Source of the DNA: a virus
Lineage: Duplodnaviria > Caudoviricetes
Direction: 5' to 3' (one strand)
Length of the DNA: 64,000 nucleotides
IMG/VR virus record: IMGVR_UViG_3300015050_000935
Coordinates: 5,095 to 69,094 of that record
The notes beneath the pieces are model-generated. The model was not told where the DNA came from and made no database searches. It saw nothing but the letters and a program-made list of their open reading frames with translations. Below are positions 60,138 through 64,000 of this stretch, piece by piece (the stretch's first letter is position 1; every line of letters begins with the position of its first letter). A program made the position numbers and the translations under genes.

Positions 60138-60139
60138 GA

Positions 60140-60265
60140 TTAGGACCGGGGTTTGTGGCGCGCGGCGAGCACCGCCATGCGCTCCTGCACGCGGCGCAGC
60201 GTCTCCTGGCACGCTTCGGAAAGCGTGTGCGTGCCCGTCACCGGGTCGGTGGTGGTGCCCTTCAT
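60140..60265 (-). CDS. Small ORF (41 aa) inside the tRNA array
   Basis: AGGAG RBS; MKGTTTDPVTGTHTLSEACQETLRRVQERMAVLAARHKPRS. Confidence 0.55.
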   Translation of the reverse strand: MKGTTTDPVTGTHTLSEACQETLRRVQERMAVLAARHKPRS

Positions 60266-60278
60266 GTCGCTCTCCTGT

Positions 60279-60352
60279 TGGTAGTCCTAGCCGGTTACGA
60301 TCCGACGTCTGCCGGTTATCAGCCGGCTGCACTGCCATTGTGCTATAGGACC
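60279..60352 (-). tRNA. tRNA-Ile(GAT)
   Basis: GCCGG-CTGATAA-CCGGC; T-loop ATCGTAA. Confidence 0.9.
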
Positions 60353-60356
60353 ATGA

Positions 60357-60431
60357 TGGTGCGCCTTGCAGGTGCTGCCCCTGCGGCCTCCTGCATGTCA
60401 CGCAGGCGATCTGCTGCTGATCTAAAGGCGC
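60357..60431 (-). tRNA. tRNA-Val(GAC)
   Basis: Loop GTGACAT; T-loop GGCAGCA. Confidence 0.85.
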
Positions 60432-60551
60432 CCGAAATTCGATCGGCAGTCTGGGAGCAACCCCTATGCCGGTCCCGCTGCCGTCCGCAGCCAGTTTTTG
60501 GACCGGAAGCAACCCCGATCTTACTGGCCAGCCGTGACCTTGCAGCGATGC

Positions 60552-60626
60552 TGGTACACCGTGAGGATGTCGAAACCCCGGCCTCCCCCGTGTGAAAGGG
60601 GCGCTCTGCCTCTGAGCTAACGGTGC
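60552..60626 (-). tRNA. tRNA-Val(CAC)
   Basis: Loop TTCACAC, A73. Confidence 0.85.
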
Positions 60627-60632
60627 GTGAAG

Positions 60633-60721
60633 TGGTGCCCGGCGCAGGAGTCGAACCCGCACGGTCCGCGAGGACCAGATCGCTTTTGAGGCGTCGGCGT
60701 CTACCGTTCCGCCAGCCGGGC
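60633..60721 (-). tRNA. tRNA-Leu(CAA)
   Basis: Loop CTCAAAA, long variable arm. Confidence 0.9.
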
Positions 60722-60726
60722 ATGAT

Positions 60727-60812
60727 TGGTGTCGGCGGGGAGACTCGAACTCCCAAAGCTACGCGGTCTGAACGCGCACGGTATGCCAAATTCCCGATGA
60801 AGCCACGCCGAC
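60727..60812 (-). tRNA. tRNA-Leu(CAG), enlarged D region and short variable arm
   Basis: GCGCG-TTCAGAC-CGCGT; variable region only AGCTTT. Confidence 0.8.
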
Positions 60813-60815
60813 AAA

Positions 60816-60890
60816 TGGTGCCCGGTGCAGGTTACGATCCTGCGCCTGTTCCTTACCAAAGAACCGGTCTGCCATTGATCCTAACCGGGC
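60816..60890 (-). tRNA. tRNA-Thr(GGT)
   Basis: Loop TTGGTAA; T-loop ATCGTAA. Confidence 0.9.
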
Positions 60891-60926
60891 GCGTATCTCG
60901 GCGTTGTAGGCGCGCATTGGCGCCTC

Positions 60927-61038
60927 GTTCGTTCCCGTAGTGCAAAGGGGTATCCTACCAACTAGACGAACCCGCAGGTTTCCCCGCAAGTGCAGGGCTC
61001 GAACCTGCGTCTCCCCAACCCTACGGCTCTCGCCGAAC
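60927..61038 (-). ncRNA. Circularly permuted tRNA mimic, YrlA-type Y RNA candidate
   Basis: Order: long stem 5' strand, GGGG, AGAC, T-arm GCAGG-TTCGAGC-CCTGC, acceptor capped by GAAA, D-arm GTCT-AGTTGGTA-GGAT, CCCC, long stem 3' strand. Confidence 0.7.
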
Positions 61039-61112
61039 TGGTGCCCCAGCCGGTAATCGAAACCGGCTCTGCCGCTTACGAGGCGGCTGCATCGCCTCAA
61101 TGCTTCAAGGGC
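61039..61112 (-). tRNA. tRNA-Thr(CGT)
   Basis: GCCGC-CTCGTAA-GCGGC. Confidence 0.9.
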
Positions 61113-61123
61113 AAATCTGTTCT

Positions 61124-61198
61124 TGGTGCTGGCTCGGTGAATCGAACACCGGTCATTCGCTGTACAAAGGCGACGGTCTGCCACTGGCCTAAGCCAGC
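61124..61198 (-). tRNA. tRNA-Thr(TGT)
   Basis: Loop TTTGTAC; first tRNA of the array. Confidence 0.85.
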
Positions 61199-61592
61199 AC
61201 GAAAAACAGTTTTTCGGTGAGCGTGAAACCAGTCCACCGGCATCGCCGGGTCCTACACGTCGCACCTAGCTGTCGGGACGCGCGTGCGCGGCGACGATCA
61301 GCGGCTGTTCGCTTAGGCGGAGAGGGTGCAACTGGATTCCGAGTGGGGAGTGTTGCGGGTCGTTTCTCTCTGCCTTTCGGCAGAGGGCGAGCCCGCTGCC
61401 GTTTAACCTAGTATCCTGCGCCCTTTGGGCTGCATCGGGTGTTCCAAGCCCGCAAACGCGCATACGCCGTCCAGCCGATTGCTCGACCAGATGGAGGTAC
61501 GCGTGTATGTGGCGGCTTGTAACATCGTCGTTCCTAGCGGGGCGGCAGGCCCCGTGTGTGGGCGAAGCGTGTACGCCCCATTCCGAATCACG

Positions 61593-61994
61593 TCAACCGG
61601 GATTTAACGGTCGGCGCCGATTTTTGTTCGATCGTCCGCGAATTAGTTTGGCGAGCCCGTTCATTTCGCCGCGCATGGCGCTCATTTCGCCGCTGATGTG
61701 GCCCAACGCCCGCTCGATCCCATCCACGTCGCGTTGGATTTCCTGCGCCTGCACTCCGATCGTGGTGAGGCCGGTAAGGATGGTCACGATCCACAGGCTG
61801 TCCGGTGCGATTTCAGTCGGTGCCGATACCTGCGCCGGCGCAGGGGCCGCGCGAAACATTTTGATTCCCGCGCTCAGTATCGGGAGGGCCAGTGCGAGGA
61901 CGATGAAAAACGCGACTAGGTTCTGCGAGGGCGGGAGCGTGCTGATAGTCGCTATTGCCCAGTCACCAAGTTTTTCCGCTATTTTTTCCCACAT
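61593..61994 (-). CDS. Membrane protein with C-terminal coiled coil (lysis-cassette associated)
   Basis: Two hydrophobic segments and a heptad tail. Confidence 0.55.
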   Translation of the reverse strand: MWEKIAEKLGDWAIATISTLPPSQNLVAFFIVLALALPILSAGIKMFRAAPAPAQVSAPTEIAPDSLWIVTILTGLTTIGVQAQEIQRDVDGIERALGHISGEMSAMRGEMNGLAKLIRGRSNKNRRRPLNPG

Positions 61995-62466
61995 AGCCCC
62001 TCGCCAGCGCCCGGTACATCGAAATCAGTTCAAAAAACGCGAGGACACTGTAGACGGGTATCCCGACTGACGGCGGCGTGCCGTTCACCTCGAAAAGCAG
62101 AACCAGCGCGGCGGCCATTTGTGCCCAGACTACAGCGCCGACAAGGGCACCAGCCGCGCGGATGACCGGCCCGTAGAATTTCCAGTGACCGTTCGCGATC
62201 AACGCCGCAATTCTGGCCACCCCGATTGTCACGTAAACCCCGACGATGGTTTCGGCTGACACCACCGTCAGGAGATACCTGAAAGCGCCGGCCTCGATCG
62301 ACCGCGGCCACAGCACCACGAACAGCCCGATGCCCAGCATCATGATGGTGGTGGCCAACTCGAATAGACGGCTCTCGAAATGCCGAATGAGGGCCTTTAC
62401 AGGCCACTCAACCGCATATTCGACGTTGGACAGCAGCCGCATGGTCTGGGCCTGCATGATGGTCAC
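61963..62466 (-). CDS. Multi-pass membrane protein (holin-like candidate)
   Basis: About four TM helices; lysis cassette. Confidence 0.6.
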   Translation of the reverse strand: MTIMQAQTMRLLSNVEYAVEWPVKALIRHFESRLFELATTIMMLGIGLFVVLWPRSIEAGAFRYLLTVVSAETIVGVYVTIGVARIAALIANGHWKFYGPVIRAAGALVGAVVWAQMAAALVLLFEVNGTPPSVGIPVYSVLAFFELISMYRALARGYVGKNSGKTW

Positions 62467-62702
62467 ACGTCTTGATCGGTTTGCGGGGGCAGCGGCTTGT
62501 TCAGCCGGGCCTCCAACGCCGCGATGCTGGCTTTCAACTGCTCGGCCTGCTCCGGCGTCACATCCGCGCCGCCGAACAGGTCGTTGTAGATCGCCTCGGC
62601 AAACGGCGCGGCGTCCTCCACGGTCTGGATGATCTTCGGGGTGAGGTCCACGGCGGTTTTCACCACGGCGGCGATCAGGCTGACGATTGCTGCTGTGTCC
62701 AT
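62463..62702 (-). CDS. Small lysis-cassette protein
   Basis: ATG 62702 (MDTAAIVSLIAAVV...). Confidence 0.6.
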   Translation of the reverse strand: MDTAAIVSLIAAVVKTAVDLTPKIIQTVEDAAPFAEAIYNDLFGGADVTPEQAEQLKASIAALEARLNKPLPPQTDQDV

Positions 62703-62703
62703 G

Positions 62704-63144
62704 TCAGGAAATCCCGTTGCTTGATTTCGTGTTGAGGAAAACATTGAACGCTCGTTGCGCCGCGTTGATGTACGACGCCGCGTTCAATGTCGGGTTTGCC
62801 CGGATGAACTCATACGCCTGATCCAGTGCGAACCGGACCTTTTGCTGGGCGTCCATCAGTTTCACGGTCACCGACCGTTTGGCGCAAATGTTCGATGCGC
62901 TGAACGGGCGCGTCTTTGTGCAGGGGTTCGTGTCGTACAGTTCGCGGTAGGCGACCGCGCCGACGAGCGCGAGCCCATAGGCGTTCTCGATGTCGCTGAT
63001 GTTCCCGGTGGTGACGGGATTCTGGATCGGCGCGGCACCCACGCCGATGCCGAGTTTGGCGAGGTCCTTGGAACAGCCGCCCGATGACAACGCCAGCACG
63101 GCGATGACTGAAAGGGCGGCGAGTCGGCTGACGATGCTGCGCAT
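62704..63144 (-). CDS. Lipoprotein (spanin-like candidate)
   Basis: ATG 63144 after GGAG; signal peptide ending LSSGG-C. Confidence 0.65.
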   Translation of the reverse strand: MRSIVSRLAALSVIAVLALSSGGCSKDLAKLGIGVGAAPIQNPVTTGNISDIENAYGLALVGAVAYRELYDTNPCTKTRPFSASNICAKRSVTVKLMDAQQKVRFALDQAYEFIRANPTLNAASYINAAQRAFNVFLNTKSSNGIS

Positions 63145-63157
63145 GGTGTTCTCCGGG

Positions 63158-63505
63158 TTAGGCCGCATTGGCGGTGGCGGCAACTTTAGCCTCCGCCGCC
63201 AAGGTTGGGACGATCTTGTTCTGCGTCGGGTCCATCGCCAGCGTGGCGAGGGTTTTATTGGCGTAGCCATTGACCGCGATCCCTTCCACGCCGGGCATGT
63301 TTTTCACATCGAGCACGGTGTTGCCCTGGCTCGTGAGCACGGCCATCACGGACTGGATCATCAGGTTGCCGAGGCCGGCGACCGAAACGATAGACTTGGC
63401 CACACCCGTCCCGAACAGGTCGGTGAGTTGTGTGGTGGAAATCATCAGCACGCTCAGGATGGCGCCGACGATCGAGAAAATCTGTTTTCCGTTGAGGTTG
63501 CCCAT
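63158..63505 (-). CDS. Holin-like two-TM protein
   Basis: Two TM helices; lysis cassette. Confidence 0.6.
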   Translation of the reverse strand: MGNLNGKQIFSIVGAILSVLMISTTQLTDLFGTGVAKSIVSVAGLGNLMIQSVMAVLTSQGNTVLDVKNMPGVEGIAVNGYANKTLATLAMDPTQNKIVPTLAAEAKVAATANAA

Positions 63506-63553
63506 GATCGGCCCCTAATTTTGAGAACAGCGGCGCCCATGGTATTGACCCCC

Positions 63554-64000
63554 ATGGACAAGAAACATCACAACGCAACGCATGGGATGGAGAAATCCCC
63601 GGAATACCGCATCTGGATAGATATGCGGCGCAGGTGCCACCAACCCCAACGTCCTGACTATCACAGATACGGCGGTCGCGGCATTACCGTATGCGATAGA
63701 TGGCGATTCGCGGGAAGTGGTGGGTTCGCCAATTTCTACGCCGACATGGGTTCTCGCCCGCTGGGCCACACTATAGAGCGACGTGACAATGATGGCCCAT
63801 ACAGCCCGGAGAATTGCTACTGGGCGACCAAGAAGGCGCAAGCAGCCAACACTCGCACCAACCGGATGATAGAATTTCGCGGCCAGCACATGACCGTCAC
63901 AGCGGCGTGCGACTTGGCCGGGATATTCTCGGGCGTAGTGTTCCAACGGCTGAACCGTGGATGGGGCGCCGAACGCGCGCTTACCACTCCAGCATTGAAG
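63554..64000 (+). CDS. HNH homing endonuclease (partial, runs off the right edge)
   Basis: Not in the ORF track. Manual translation THGMEKSPEYRIW.DMRRRC...YGGRGITVCDRW...DMGSRP...TIERRDNDGPYSPENCYWAT. Confidence 0.85.
   Translation, partial: MDKKHHNATHGMEKSPEYRIWIDMRRRCHQPQRPDYHRYGGRGITVCDRWRFAGSGGFANFYADMGSRPLGHTIERRDNDGPYSPENCYWATKKAQAANTRTNRMIEFRGQHMTVTAACDLAGIFSGVVFQRLNRGWGAERALTTPALK

Noticed and set aside
60918-60976. Truncated tRNA-Ala-like pseudogene (D-arm, TTTGCAC loop, ends GCCA)
   Set aside because: The missing T-arm lies upstream and pairs into a closed acceptor stem, so it is better explained as the permuted YrlA-like RNA.
57151-61198. Suppressor/Sec/Pyl tRNAs and genetic-code reassignment
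   Set aside because: No CTA, TTA or TCA anticodon was found, and genes terminate normally at TGA, TAA and TAG.
57151-61198. att site from tRNA 3'-end duplication
   Set aside because: No duplicated tRNA end and no integrase in the window.
61200-61590. tmRNA (one- or two-piece)
   Set aside because: There is an Ala-like acceptor pairing, but no T-arm next to CTCCA and no tag frame ending in AA-stop; left as unassigned RNA.
57052-61607. ORF-track entries over the tRNA array
   Set aside because: They overlap clear tRNA genes. Only 59184-59528 and 60140-60265 have an RBS and sit cleanly between tRNAs.
63515-63946. 143-aa minus-strand ORF
   Set aside because: Shadow of the plus-strand HNH endonuclease.
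1-64000. CRISPR array or diversity-generating retroelement
   Set aside because: No regularly spaced direct repeats, no reverse transcriptase, and no adenine-specific template/variable repeat pair seen.

Overview
The window is most of a tailed dsDNA phage genome, podovirus-like and GC-rich. An alphaproteobacterial (Rhizobiales-type) host is inferred from a CtrA-like recognition helix, a GapR-like protein and a tRNA-His with A73 and no G-1. The minus strand carries, reading right to left: lysis/membrane genes, a ~4-kb array of 35 CCA-encoded tRNA genes covering all 20 amino acids, a replication/methylation block (Cro-like HTH, RusA, MT-A70, DUF5131, DnaB, C5 methylase), many small accessory genes, TerS/TerL, portal, GroES, scaffold, capsid, tail and ejection genes, and a polyvalent protein running off the left edge. 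A plus-strand early recombination operon (RecT, HerA-like ATPase, DEDD exonuclease) lies at 49.0-57.1 kb, and an HNH endonuclease is at the right edge. No integrase, DNA polymerase, CRISPR array or reverse transcriptase is visible. The most unusual part is the tRNA array. It holds two Arg tRNAs with no D-arm whose D-loop sequence sits in the variable arm, four tRNAs with a mini D-arm and long anticodon stem, co-varying non-canonical T-loops, a circularly permuted tRNA mimic resembling YrlA Y RNA, several unassigned structured RNAs and a degenerate RusA-fold ORF. Other highlights are a nested dual-frame cytosine methylase, a receiver-less CtrA-like regulator, a three-copy operator/promoter/leader module, and two unrelated genes with near-identical boundary sequences. 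All family calls come from motif recognition by eye; no database searches were run.
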